DNA from: an uncultured delta proteobacterium
GTDB taxonomy: Bacteria > Desulfobacterota > Binatia > UBA9968
Direction: 5' to 3'
Assembly (NCBI GenBank): GCA_963804165.1
Contig: CAWDPO010000023.1
Span: 192,001 to 256,000 of the forward strand
DNA length: 64,000 nt
Below the pieces are notes generated by a model. That model was not told the origin of the DNA and did not search any database. It worked only from the letters and a program-made list of their open reading frames with translations. Made by a program: the position numbers and the translations under genes. This document shows positions 1-8,954 of this stretch, in pieces (position 1 is the stretch's first letter; every line of letters begins with the position of its first letter).

Positions 1-650
1 TTGCTTACATCCATACGCGCGGCGTGCACACCCAGCAACATCCACGGAAAATCGGCGCGCCCGGAACGCTCCGTGGCCACGCGCGCGACGACCGGCGCAC
101 CGCTGGTGCCGCGGTGCATCCTCGCGTCCGTCAGGAAGTATCCTTGTCCCTGAAAACGTATACCGAACGCCGACGCGATCACGGCTTGGCGCGCCACCGG
201 CAGATGATGCAAGCTGTCATGAAATCCCAATGGGAACCCGACAATCAGCACAGCAGTTCCCACTTCGATCTGATCGAACTCGGTGACGAGATGATAAGGA
301 GTAAAGCTTGACAGAAGAATCGTCTGCGGCAGCGCCGCCCGCTCAAGCTCCACGGCGACAATGTCGACGCTGCCGCCGGAATCGACACCTTGGCGCCAAA
401 CCGGCTGGTTGCCCCGATAAAGTGGAATCGACATCTGTGTCACCACGGCGATGTTTTTCGGATCCACGTGCAGCTCGATTTCCAGTCGATCCGGCCGGTG
501 ATTACTGGCCTCATCCAACACGACGTGACGGCTCGTGACGAGATAGAGCCGGTCATCGCGCTCGAAAAAAAAGCCGGTGGCGCCGGTCAAGGTTTTCCCG
601 GCCGACATCGTTGAAACTCGTGTTACAGCTACCAGTAGGGATTCAATCAC
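1..650 (-). CDS. Trypsin-like serine peptidase domain protein (3' end runs off the window)
   Basis: Not in the ORF track; my translation from GTG at 650 (RBS GGAAGGA) gives MIESLLVAVTRV...ATGFFF...VTSRHV...GFPLGFHD...HRGTSGAPV, with trypsin-type His and GxSG motifs; open to the window edge. Confidence 0.85.
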   Translation of the reverse strand, partial: MIESLLVAVTRVSTMSAGKTLTGATGFFFERDDRLYLVTSRHVVLDEASNHRPDRLEIELHVDPKNIAVVTQMSIPLYRGNQPVWRQGVDSGGSVDIVAVELERAALPQTILLSSFTPYHLVTEFDQIEVGTAVLIVGFPLGFHDSLHHLPVARQAVIASAFGIRFQGQGYFLTDARMHRGTSGAPVVARVATERSGRADFPWMLLGVHAARMDVS

Positions 651-864
651 GAGTAGATTCCTTCCGGTGACTTCAAATCCATCAGTAAGATAAATGAGCG
701 CTGATCAAAACCGTCAGATCCAGAATAGGTTCACGCGGCCACCGGTTCAACTACCGCCGCGCAAGGCTTTGATTCATTGAATCAAATGAGCCCAACGCAA
801 GTGATTGCGCATATCGAGGACCGTTAGTAATTTGAGAATGGCACCGCCCCCGTTGCACGGCGGC

Positions 865-1671
865 TCAGAAAAGTCTTCGGTGTTTCAGCGCCGGCAGCTC
901 GGCGCGCACTTTGGCGAGATGATCCAAGTCGATTTCCGCCGTGATCACACCGGAACCGTGGGGAAGTTCGGCCAAGATCTCTCCCCATGGGTCGACGATC
1001 ATGCTGTGACCGTGGGTTTCGAAGCTTTTAGCGCTCTTGCCGAACTGATCCGGCGCGATGATGTAGACTTGATTTTCGATGGCGCGGGCGCGCAGCAACA
1101 ACTCCCAATGCGCCTGACCCGTATAGGCGGTAAAAGCGGAGGGAACAAAAACTAAATCAACACCGCGCTTGGTCAAATTACGATACAGCTCGGGAAAACG
1201 CAGATCGTAACAGACCGACAAACCCATTTTGCAAAGCTCGGTGTCGGCAACGACGACGCCATCGCCGAACTCGCGAGTGGCGGATTCTCTGAGCGAAGTG
1301 CCATTGGCGAGATCGACGTCGAACAGATGAATCTTGCGGTAAGAAGCCAAGAGTTTTCCCGCCGGATCGAAGAGCAGGCTCGTGTTGTAAGCTTTCGGCC
1401 TGCCGGGGATCTCCTCAAGAATCGACCCGGCCAAAAGATAGACACCCAGCTCACGCGCCAACTCGGCCATCGCGGTCGATGTCTGACCGGGAATGGGTTC
1501 AGCAAACTCACGCTCCAAATTTTTGCTACCGCGCCAGATAAATACTTCCGGCAGAGCGATCACGCGCGCGCCTTGCTCCGCCGCGTGGCGCACCCAGTGT
1601 TTGGCTTCCCTGAGATTGGCTGCCTTGTCATCCGAAGCAACCATTTGCACGGCGGCTGCAATAAATTTCAT
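865..1671 (-). CDS. Carbon-nitrogen hydrolase (Nit1/YbeM-like amidase)
   Basis: ALPE, YRKIHLFD and VCYDLRFPE motifs give the E-K-C triad; start MKFIAAAVQ at 1671. Confidence 0.93.
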   Translation of the reverse strand: MKFIAAAVQMVASDDKAANLREAKHWVRHAAEQGARVIALPEVFIWRGSKNLEREFAEPIPGQTSTAMAELARELGVYLLAGSILEEIPGRPKAYNTSLLFDPAGKLLASYRKIHLFDVDLANGTSLRESATREFGDGVVVADTELCKMGLSVCYDLRFPELYRNLTKRGVDLVFVPSAFTAYTGQAHWELLLRARAIENQVYIIAPDQFGKSAKSFETHGHSMIVDPWGEILAELPHGSGVITAEIDLDHLAKVRAELPALKHRRLF

Positions 1672-1709
1672 GGAGGTCCGACCTTGAACATTGAACGCTT
1701 GAACGGTTG

Positions 1710-2546
1710 TTACCGATTGAGAAACACCGGACAAGGCGCGTTGCGCAGGACATACTCGGTGGTGCTGCCCAAGACCATTTTGATGATGCGCCGGTGGCCG
1801 TAAGCGCCGATGAAGAGCAGATCGTGATTCATGCTGACCAAATATTCGACAATTTTTTGTTCGGGATAGCCGATCGCACGCTCGTATTTCACGTCGACGC
1901 CGTAGGAACTGAGATAGCCGCGGGCTTGCTGTAAATTGGTATGCGCCATGGCGTCTTCTTTCGCGATCGTCAAGACGGTCAACGGCAGATGCAACACCGT
2001 GCAGAACTCGGCCGCCGACTCCATGGCGGAGCTGGCGCGCTGGCTGCCGTCGTAAGCCAACAACGGCTTTTCGACCGGTTTGAATTCTTTCGTGGAGACA
2101 AAAACCGGTCGCGGACATTTGCGCGTAATGGTTTCGGCGGTCGTCCCCAACAGCCCGGTGGAAAATTCTTCGTTGACGCCGCGGTGGCCAATCACCACAA
2201 GGTCGGCAACTTTGGCGCGTTCGCAAATTTCATTGGCGATCAAACCCATATCGAGAATCGTCGTGTAGCGGATACCCTTCTTTTCGCAGCGCGCCGCAAA
2301 CTCTTCAAGAATCATCTTGCCGCGCTCCTCGAGCACTTCGCGCATCTTGCTCGAAAAGTCCAAATAGGGTTCGAAGCCCAGCGAGCCGGAGATGTCGTGA
2401 AAGAAAGTGCCTTCGATCGAGATGGTATCGATAATATGTTGGCCGAAAAGCGTGCCGCTGAACCTTTCGGTGATCCAAATGGCATAGTCGAGCGCCGCCT
2501 TGGAATGCTCCGAACCGTCCAGAGGCACAAGAATGTTCTTAATCAT
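1710..2546 (-). CDS. Universal stress protein (tandem USP domains)
   Basis: ILVPLDGS, LLAYDGS and two G(T/S)TxE..PCPV-type USP signatures. Confidence 0.93.
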   Translation of the reverse strand: MIKNILVPLDGSEHSKAALDYAIWITERFSGTLFGQHIIDTISIEGTFFHDISGSLGFEPYLDFSSKMREVLEERGKMILEEFAARCEKKGIRYTTILDMGLIANEICERAKVADLVVIGHRGVNEEFSTGLLGTTAETITRKCPRPVFVSTKEFKPVEKPLLAYDGSQRASSAMESAAEFCTVLHLPLTVLTIAKEDAMAHTNLQQARGYLSSYGVDVKYERAIGYPEQKIVEYLVSMNHDLLFIGAYGHRRIIKMVLGSTTEYVLRNAPCPVFLNR

Positions 2547-2721
2547 ACCGACCTCCCGAGGTTTGCCCTCGCGGGCTACAGTGCCGCCAGTTGCACACGC
2601 GCTCAAAACCGCCCAGCCACGATAACAAGGAGATGCGTTTTTGCAAGGAGAAAATTAGCCCGACCGTTTACAACCGGCGCGTTTTTGTAGATAATCAACT
2701 GACTCGTCGACGCGTCAGCCA

Positions 2722-2994
2722 ATGGCCCAACCGAAAAATAGGCAGGAAGCTCGCCTGCAGGAATTGATTCTGAGCGCAAAACGGATGAACATCCAGGTGC
2801 GCACTGAGAAGCTTTTGCGTGAGGCGGGATATCGGGCTCAGAGCGGTCGTTGCCGGGTCCGTGACCAGGAACTCATCCTGATCGATCGTGACGCCCGGAT
2901 CAGTGATCAAATCGAGTTTCTCACCGGTGAATTGGCCGAGCGGCAAGGCCACGATAGCGCTTCAAACGCCGCCCCTTATGCAGCGGAAGATTAG
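2722..2994 (+). CDS. Hypothetical protein (90 aa)
   Basis: ATG ORF filling the intergenic gap; SGRCRV..LILID motif; no function assignable. Confidence 0.6.
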   Translation: MAQPKNRQEARLQELILSAKRMNIQVRTEKLLREAGYRAQSGRCRVRDQELILIDRDARISDQIEFLTGELAERQGHDSASNAAPYAAED

Positions 2995-3017
2995 CGATGG
3001 CTCGTAATCGCCGTCGT

Positions 3018-3683
3018 CTAGTGCACGCGGATTTTCTTCGCCGCTTCAATCCCTAGCGAAAACGCATCCTCGCCTACTTTCAATGTCATCATGCCGAGTG
3101 AAGGCGCGACGTCGAGGACGTGCACCTTGGCGCCGGGCCGCATGCCGTGCTCTTGCAGAAAACTGAGCAATCGAACGTCACGTTCACCGCCTTCAGTGAT
3201 GAAATCAAGCTCGACGCTCTGACCGTCCGGCGCTTCATTCAACGGAATGGTCTTCTGCGAGGGACCCGATAGTGCCCCCGGGATAGGATTCCCGTGCGGA
3301 CAGGTAGTCGGATTACTCAATAATTTGGCCAGCCGTTCTTCCACATCCTGGGATATCGCGTGCTCCAAACGGTGCGCCTCCTGGTGTGCCTTCACCCAAT
3401 CGAGTCCGAGCAGATCGGTGAGAAACCGCTCGGTCAGGAAGTGCCGCCGCACAATCCTTTCTGCCACCGTCTTGCCGTCGGACGTCAGATGGATCTCCTT
3501 GCGGCGATTGATCGTCACATAGCCTTCCCGTGCCAAACGCTGCAGCGTCGTAAATATGGTGGACGGAGAAACCCCCGTTTCCGCCGCGATGCGCGCTGCG
3601 ATCACCGGCTGGGACTCCTCGGCGAGCTGGTAAATGGACTTGAGATAATCCTCTAAAGCGTTACTTACTTTGGGCACTTCCAT
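3018..3683 (-). CDS. DtxR/MntR-family metal-dependent repressor with C-terminal FeoA domain
   Basis: EDYLKSIY HTH, RRHFLTERFL, EAHRLEH, CPHGNPIP. Confidence 0.95.
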   Translation of the reverse strand: MEVPKVSNALEDYLKSIYQLAEESQPVIAARIAAETGVSPSTIFTTLQRLAREGYVTINRRKEIHLTSDGKTVAERIVRRHFLTERFLTDLLGLDWVKAHQEAHRLEHAISQDVEERLAKLLSNPTTCPHGNPIPGALSGPSQKTIPLNEAPDGQSVELDFITEGGERDVRLLSFLQEHGMRPGAKVHVLDVAPSLGMMTLKVGEDAFSLGIEAAKKIRVH

Positions 3684-3687
3684 AGCG

Positions 3688-3718
3688 TTGACAAACTTTT
3701 TTCTTTCGACTATACGAA
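3688..3718 (+). promoter_or_regulatory. Sigma70-type promoter for the phnDCE-ftr1 operon overlapping a DtxR-like palindrome
   Basis: TTGACA (3688-93), 17 nt spacer, TATACG (3711-16); palindrome TTCG-ACTATA-CGAA (3705-18) next to the divergent DtxR gene. Confidence 0.5.
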
Positions 3719-3825
3719 CTTTTGACTTTGCCATAACGAAAGTATTAAATTGTTTATATATTAACAATGAATCACACAAACCTCTTATAGTAAAGATGAC
3801 TATTTAGATCAAGGGAGAACTCGCC

Positions 3826-4761
3826 ATGAAAGAAATCTTCAAACGCGTCCTAGGATCGCTGCTCATTTTTGCCGGTGGGGCATTCCTGCCGGACTCCAGC
3901 TCCGCGCAAAATAAGCTGGTGGTCGCGATTCAGCCCACCGTAGCGAGCGACGAGATGCTCAACAAGGCCAAGCCCTTGCAGCAATTTCTTGAAAAGGGCT
4001 TGGGCGGCAAAACCAAGGTCGAAATCTACGTGCCGACCAGTTACGCCGCCGTGGTGGAGTCGCTCCGCTTCGGCCACGCGCACCTGGCCTTCATGTCGGC
4101 ATGGCCGGCGCAGCTCGCGGTACGGCTCGGCGGCGCCGAAGTCGCTCTGGCGGAGATCCGGCAGGTGCTGCACGGCAAGGAGAAAGTCGAGGCACCGCAC
4201 TATTTTTCTTATTGGGTCGTTGCTCCCGACTCGCCCTACAAAGACCTGCAATCGTTAAAAGGCAAGAGCGCGTGTTTTCCCAGTCCGATCTCGACCTCCG
4301 GTTTCGTCGCGCCGATCGGCCGTATGATCGAAATGAATTTGTTGCAGCCGGGAGAAGGCAAAGAAGCCGATCCCAAAGCCTATTTTAAGGAAGTTCTGTT
4401 CGGCGGCGGCTATGGCCAGTGCTGGCAGGCGCTAAAGCAGGGCCAGGTGGACACCACGGTGATCGCCGGCGACGTGCCCGAGAAGCTTTATAATGAAGTC
4501 CTCGCCGGCACGCGCACGGTCGAGCAGCAAGGGCCGATCCCGTCCCACGCAGTAGTGCTCAGCAAAGAGCTGAAGGATCCTCTGCGCACGCAAGCAGTGC
4601 AGACCATCGTAAAGCTCGGCGCGCCCGAGCACCGCGAGCTCATGCGCGCGTTTATTTCCAGCATCTTCGTCGGCTTTAAGCCGACTACAGCAAACGAGCA
4701 TCTCGGCTCACTGCAAAAGTATCTGAAAGCGGCCAACCTGAAGTTTACGGAGCGTCTGTGA
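3826..4761 (+). CDS. phnD: Phosphonate/phosphate-type ABC substrate-binding protein
   Basis: Signal peptide, SYAAVVESL, STSG motif, PIPSH; followed by phnC/phnE-like genes. Confidence 0.85.
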   Translation: MKEIFKRVLGSLLIFAGGAFLPDSSSAQNKLVVAIQPTVASDEMLNKAKPLQQFLEKGLGGKTKVEIYVPTSYAAVVESLRFGHAHLAFMSAWPAQLAVRLGGAEVALAEIRQVLHGKEKVEAPHYFSYWVVAPDSPYKDLQSLKGKSACFPSPISTSGFVAPIGRMIEMNLLQPGEGKEADPKAYFKEVLFGGGYGQCWQALKQGQVDTTVIAGDVPEKLYNEVLAGTRTVEQQGPIPSHAVVLSKELKDPLRTQAVQTIVKLGAPEHRELMRAFISSIFVGFKPTTANEHLGSLQKYLKAANLKFTERL

Positions 4762-5507
4762 CATCAAACAGCGACACCGCTCCCGCTCTCCAAGCGGATC
4801 GAGTTTGGTTCGCGTACCGTAACCGCGATTGGGTACTGCGGGATGTGTCGCTGTCGATTCCAGCGGGTCAACACACCGTCATCATGGGTCCCTCGGGCAT
4901 GGGAAAGACGACTCTGTTGCGCGTGCTCGCCGGAATACTGAAACAGACGCAAGGCGGAGTGAGAGCTTTCGGCCAACCGGTTCACACACTCAGCCGGCGT
5001 CCGTTGAGCTCTTTGATCGGCTACATCCCGCAGCAGTTGGGATTAGTAAGAAGTCTCTCGGCGCTCGACAATGTTTTGATGGGCTCCCTCGGCCGGATCG
5101 GCGACGGTAAAGCGCTCTTCGGTCTGTTCCCGCGCGCGGAAACGGACCGGGCCGAGGCCGCGCTCGACATGATGGGCATCGCGCATAAGCGCTCCGAACA
5201 GGTTTTTCGTCTGAGCGGCGGCGAGCGCCAGCGGGTCGCCATCGCTCGTACCTTGCTCCAACATCCGCGGATCGTGATCGCCGACGAATTCGCGTCCGAC
5301 TTGGATCTCGCTCTGGCGTCGGAGATTCTCGCGCGCATCCGGCGCGCCGCCGACAAGGAAAATATTACCTTCGTTATGAGCATGCATCGGCTCGGCCTGG
5401 CGCGCCAATTCGGCGACGACGTTCTCGCGCTCAAAGACGGCGAGATCGTGCCGGGCTTTATCGGCAACGAAATGCTCGAGACGCCGCGACCTGAGGTGGG
5501 TTTGTGA
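4758..5507 (+). CDS. phnC: Phosphonate-type ABC ATP-binding protein
   Basis: Walker A GPSGMGKT, LSGGERQRVAIAR, IADE. Confidence 0.88.
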   Translation: MTSNSDTAPALQADRVWFAYRNRDWVLRDVSLSIPAGQHTVIMGPSGMGKTTLLRVLAGILKQTQGGVRAFGQPVHTLSRRPLSSLIGYIPQQLGLVRSLSALDNVLMGSLGRIGDGKALFGLFPRAETDRAEAALDMMGIAHKRSEQVFRLSGGERQRVAIARTLLQHPRIVIADEFASDLDLALASEILARIRRAADKENITFVMSMHRLGLARQFGDDVLALKDGEIVPGFIGNEMLETPRPEVGL

Positions 5508-6271
5508 AAGCAACTCTAGTCTTGCCCGCAACCACCGCCCTCTTCTTGCTCGCCGTGCTGGCGCATCTTGGCTTTTTCGACTTGGAGCGCCTCGCGCGCG
5601 GCGTGCGCAATTTGGGCATCCTCGGATCGGAGATGTTGCCGCCGGACGTGGGCATCCTGCCGACTGTTGGCGCCGCTTTGTGGGAGACCGTGGAAATGTC
5701 GTTCGCCGGCACGCTCCTCGGCTTCCTGGCGTCACTGCCGCTGAGCGTTCTCGGCACCCGAAGATTATTTTCTTCATGGGTTTCAAGCTTCGCCCGTTTC
5801 ATCGCGGCGGGTATTCGCACCGTGCCCGTCCTGCTGTGGGCGATCATCTTCGTCATCCTCGTCGGCCTCGGCCCGCTGGCCGGCACCTTGGGCATCGCCG
5901 CTTACACCGTCGGGTATCTTGCCAAGATTTACGCGGATCTTTTCGAAGGCACCGATCCGGAGATTATCGAGGCGGTTCAAAGCACCGGCGCATCCAAGCT
6001 CCAACTCGTCCGCTTCGTGATCCTCCCCGAAGCGGCCAATGCGGTACTTGCCCAAGTGCTCTTCATGCTCGAGTACAACATTCGCGCGTCGTCGGTGCTC
6101 GGCTTTGTCGGCGCCGGCGGACTTGGCTTCGTCATCCAAATCTATTTGCAAAGTTTGGACTATCAACGGCTGGCAACGATTTTATTGTTGGTGCTGGTGA
6201 TCGTGCTCGTGATGGACGGCATCAGCGCGTGGTTGAGAAAACGCTTTCTGTTGTCAGCCCAAGCATCATGA
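5504..6271 (+). CDS. phnE: Phosphonate-type ABC permease
   Basis: GLGPLAG and EYNIRASSVLGFVGAGGLG PhnE signatures. Confidence 0.9.
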   Translation: MKATLVLPATTALFLLAVLAHLGFFDLERLARGVRNLGILGSEMLPPDVGILPTVGAALWETVEMSFAGTLLGFLASLPLSVLGTRRLFSSWVSSFARFIAAGIRTVPVLLWAIIFVILVGLGPLAGTLGIAAYTVGYLAKIYADLFEGTDPEIIEAVQSTGASKLQLVRFVILPEAANAVLAQVLFMLEYNIRASSVLGFVGAGGLGFVIQIYLQSLDYQRLATILLLVLVIVLVMDGISAWLRKRFLLSAQAS

Positions 6272-6274
6272 TCC

Positions 6275-8305
6275 ATGGAAACTCGATCGCATCGAACGGA
6301 CTCGCTCCAAACCCTCGGGCGGTGCTCCAACCAGAAAATCGGTGACGCCGGTAGAATCGGCAAGCTTGTCGCGGTCGTTTTAGCGGTAGTCTTGACGCTG
6401 TTGACCGCGGTAGCCACGGCCTCTGCGCAAGATCAAGCGCGGCGTCTGGTCGCGTTGTTGGACTATCTGGGCGGCGATTATCAAAACGCGGTCCAAGACG
6501 GCAAGATCATCAATCCGGATGAATACGCCGAGATGCAGGAGTTCTCAAAGCGCATCCTGGAGCTCATGGGTCAACTTAAGGCGGTTGAAAAAGTCGACAA
6601 AGCCCAAGTCGAGCCCACGCTCAAATCCCTGGTGAGCGAAGTCGGAAAAAAAGGCGATGTAAAAACCGTGGCGACGCTTGCCAATGACGCCAAGGAAAAA
6701 CTGATCGCCGCCTACAAAATCGTCCCGCATCCGCGCCAACTCCCATCCTTGGCCGACGGGCGAAAACTCTTCCTCGAAAATTGCGCCCAGTGCCACGGCG
6801 ACAGCGGCAAGGGCGACGGCCCCGGCCGCGCATCGATGAATCCAAAAACACCACCGCCGGCGAATCTAATCGATGCGGGTTTCATGGCCGGCTTGTCACC
6901 TTTCAAGGCCTATAACACGGCTACTTTCGGCATCGATAACACCGCCATGGCATCTTTCGCCGCTTTGTCGGACGATCAACGCTGGCAGGTTGCTTTCTAC
7001 GTCATGTCCCTGCGCTTCTCGCAAGAGCAAGCCGCGCTCGGCGAAACGTTAATTCAGGAGAAAAAGATAGCTCCCGAGCTAACCGCCGTAGCGACTCTAG
7101 CGACGCTTTCCGACGATCAGCTGACCGAGAGGCTCACGAGCTACTTCGAGCAAGAAGCGCCGCGCAACAATGCCCTCGCATATCTGCGACGCGGGCTGCT
7201 TGAGAAGAAACCCGCGGATCCGCTCTTAATTGCCCGCAACCTGCTCGGCGAGGCCTCGGAGCTGTACGGCAAAGGTGAAAAGGAAAAGGCCTATCAGAAG
7301 GCGATTGAGGCTTATCTTGATGGCTTCGAAATGGCCGAGCCCGCGCTGTTCGCCAAGGACGCCTCCTTTGGACGATCCCTCGAAGACCAGTTCACCCAAT
7401 TTCGCAACTCCATCCGGCAAGGCATAACCCCGCAGGAGCTCGAAAAACAGCGCACGGAGATCGAGGCCAAGCTAGACCAAGCCTCACAGCTCATGACTCG
7501 CAGTGATAGCTTTTCGGGTTACTATGCCTTCGTCAATTCGGCGTTAATCATTTTGCGCGAAGGGCTGGAGGCCGCGTTGATCCTGGCGGCGATCGTCGCG
7601 ATGCTCAAAGTGATGGGCGCGGCAGACGCTATCCGTTATATCCACTTCGGCTGGATCCTTGCGTTGCTCGCCGGAGTGCTGACTTGGCTTGCGGCTCAAA
7701 CCGTATTGACTTTCAGCGGCCAACACCGCGAGAGCTTGGAGGGGTTCATCTCGGTCTTTGCGGCCGTGGCTCTTTTCTATGTTGGATATTGGCTGCACAC
7801 CCGGAGTGAGGCCAAACGTTGGCAATCATTTATTCAACAAAAAGTGCAGAACGTGCTTTCCAATCGGAAAATTCTCGGGCTCGTCGGCATCTCGTTCTTC
7901 GCTGTCTACCGGGAAGCCTTTGAAGTTGTACTTTTTTACCAGGCACTCTGGCTACAGAACGAAAGCAGTCACCAGGCCATTGTCGGCGGTTTCGCGGCAG
8001 GCGTCATTGCTCTAGTAGCAGTGACTTTTGCAATCTTCAAGCTTGGATTGCGCCTACCGCTCAAATACTTCTTCGGGGTCACGGGCACGCTGCTGTACAT
8101 CATGGCGTTCATTTTCGCCGGTACCGGCATCAAAGAACTCCAAGCGGCAGGTTGGGTGCCAAGCACACCTTTGAAATTTCCACCGCAAGTACCTCTCGTG
8201 GGCATCTACCCAACCGTCGAAACCTTGGCAGCCCAAGGACTCATGGTTTGCGCCTTCATCGCCACTACAGTTTGGATGGCGTACGAGCGAAAGAAGACCG
8301 CGTAG
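6275..8305 (+). CDS. Cytochrome c / FTR1-family iron permease
   Basis: Heme motif CAQCH, two RExxE motifs (REGLE, REAFE) and a TM domain; exact start uncertain. Confidence 0.93.
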   Translation: METRSHRTDSLQTLGRCSNQKIGDAGRIGKLVAVVLAVVLTLLTAVATASAQDQARRLVALLDYLGGDYQNAVQDGKIINPDEYAEMQEFSKRILELMGQLKAVEKVDKAQVEPTLKSLVSEVGKKGDVKTVATLANDAKEKLIAAYKIVPHPRQLPSLADGRKLFLENCAQCHGDSGKGDGPGRASMNPKTPPPANLIDAGFMAGLSPFKAYNTATFGIDNTAMASFAALSDDQRWQVAFYVMSLRFSQEQAALGETLIQEKKIAPELTAVATLATLSDDQLTERLTSYFEQEAPRNNALAYLRRGLLEKKPADPLLIARNLLGEASELYGKGEKEKAYQKAIEAYLDGFEMAEPALFAKDASFGRSLEDQFTQFRNSIRQGITPQELEKQRTEIEAKLDQASQLMTRSDSFSGYYAFVNSALIILREGLEAALILAAIVAMLKVMGAADAIRYIHFGWILALLAGVLTWLAAQTVLTFSGQHRESLEGFISVFAAVALFYVGYWLHTRSEAKRWQSFIQQKVQNVLSNRKILGLVGISFFAVYREAFEVVLFYQALWLQNESSHQAIVGGFAAGVIALVAVTFAIFKLGLRLPLKYFFGVTGTLLYIMAFIFAGTGIKELQAAGWVPSTPLKFPPQVPLVGIYPTVETLAAQGLMVCAFIATTVWMAYERKKTA

Positions 8306-8509
8306 ATGCTGAAGCGAGAACAAGATGCGCGACAGGATGCGGTTTTGGCCGTCAGGAATGATGATAGCTTGCGCTGTTGCTGCGGCAGTCTATTGGCCCG
8401 GCTGGTACCAGCTGGCGTAGAGCTCAAGTGTCGGCGCTGCAAACGACAAATTATCATTCCATTGACCGAAGCAAGGTTGCGCGAAAAATCCGCCGGAGGC
8501 GGTTCATAG
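8306..8509 (+). CDS. Small Com-like zinc-ribbon protein
   Basis: LRCxCGSLLAR...VELKCRRCK pattern like the phage Mu Com family; abuts the FTR1 stop codon. Confidence 0.7.
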   Translation: MLKREQDARQDAVLAVRNDDSLRCCCGSLLARLVPAGVELKCRRCKRQIIIPLTEARLREKSAGGGS

Positions 8510-8613
8510 GGGGCGCTGCAGAATAATCTGCAGCCCTGGTTAAATATAATAAACGAATAACTTTCTGTAACTTGGAAGTTATTATTCGTATCTACTAATT
8601 TGTCTAGTTAGGC

Positions 8614-8642
8614 TTGACAAATAATTATTATTTGAATATACG
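8614..8642 (+). promoter_or_regulatory. Promoter with Fur/PerR-like operator upstream of the exbBD-tonB operon
   Basis: TTGACA (8614-19), 17 nt spacer, TATACG (8637-42); perfect palindrome CAAATAAT-T-ATTATTTG (8618-34) with ATAATnATTAT core. Confidence 0.65.
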
Positions 8643-8673
8643 ACACTAGTCAGCGGCCAGCGATCCAGAATCC

Positions 8674-8725
8674 AGAGCCCGGCGTTGCGCAGAACATTCT
8701 GCAGCGCTCCGGGCTTTTTTATTTT
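8674..8725 (+). terminator. Intrinsic terminator within the 5' leader (attenuator candidate)
   Basis: GCCCGG (8677-82) pairs with CCGGGC (8709-14), inner stem, then TTTTTTATTTT; lies between the promoter and the RBS of the 8740 ORF. Confidence 0.7.
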
Positions 8726-8739
8726 GTACGGAGGTCAAG

Positions 8740-8952
8740 ATGCACGACGTCAAATCACGCGAAGGCAGATGGTCGGTTTCACTTTGTAACTGCAGTCAAG
8801 ATACCGCTCATGTTCACTACGGCAATGTCGTTCTGCATATCCTGCGTGACGATCTGCGCGAGTTGGGGCTTGCGATGCAAAGTGTGGCGGAGGGGCTCGA
8901 ACAAAGAGACGGGCAAAATTTCTCGGCGCTCAAGAAAGGTTTGGTTCAGTAG
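8740..8952 (+). CDS. Small Cys/His-containing hypothetical protein, first gene of the TonB operon
   Basis: GGAGG RBS; CNC..HVHYG motif; abuts exbB. Confidence 0.7.
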   Translation: MHDVKSREGRWSVSLCNCSQDTAHVHYGNVVLHILRDDLRELGLAMQSVAEGLEQRDGQNFSALKKGLVQ

Positions 8953-8954
8953 TC

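Noticed and set aside
24-614. Plus-strand ORFs in the ORF track at the window start
   Set aside because: They are antisense shadows of the minus-strand serine protease gene.
865-2226. 453-aa nitrilase with a long N-terminal extension
   Set aside because: The extension overlaps the USP gene in another frame; the real start is at 1671.
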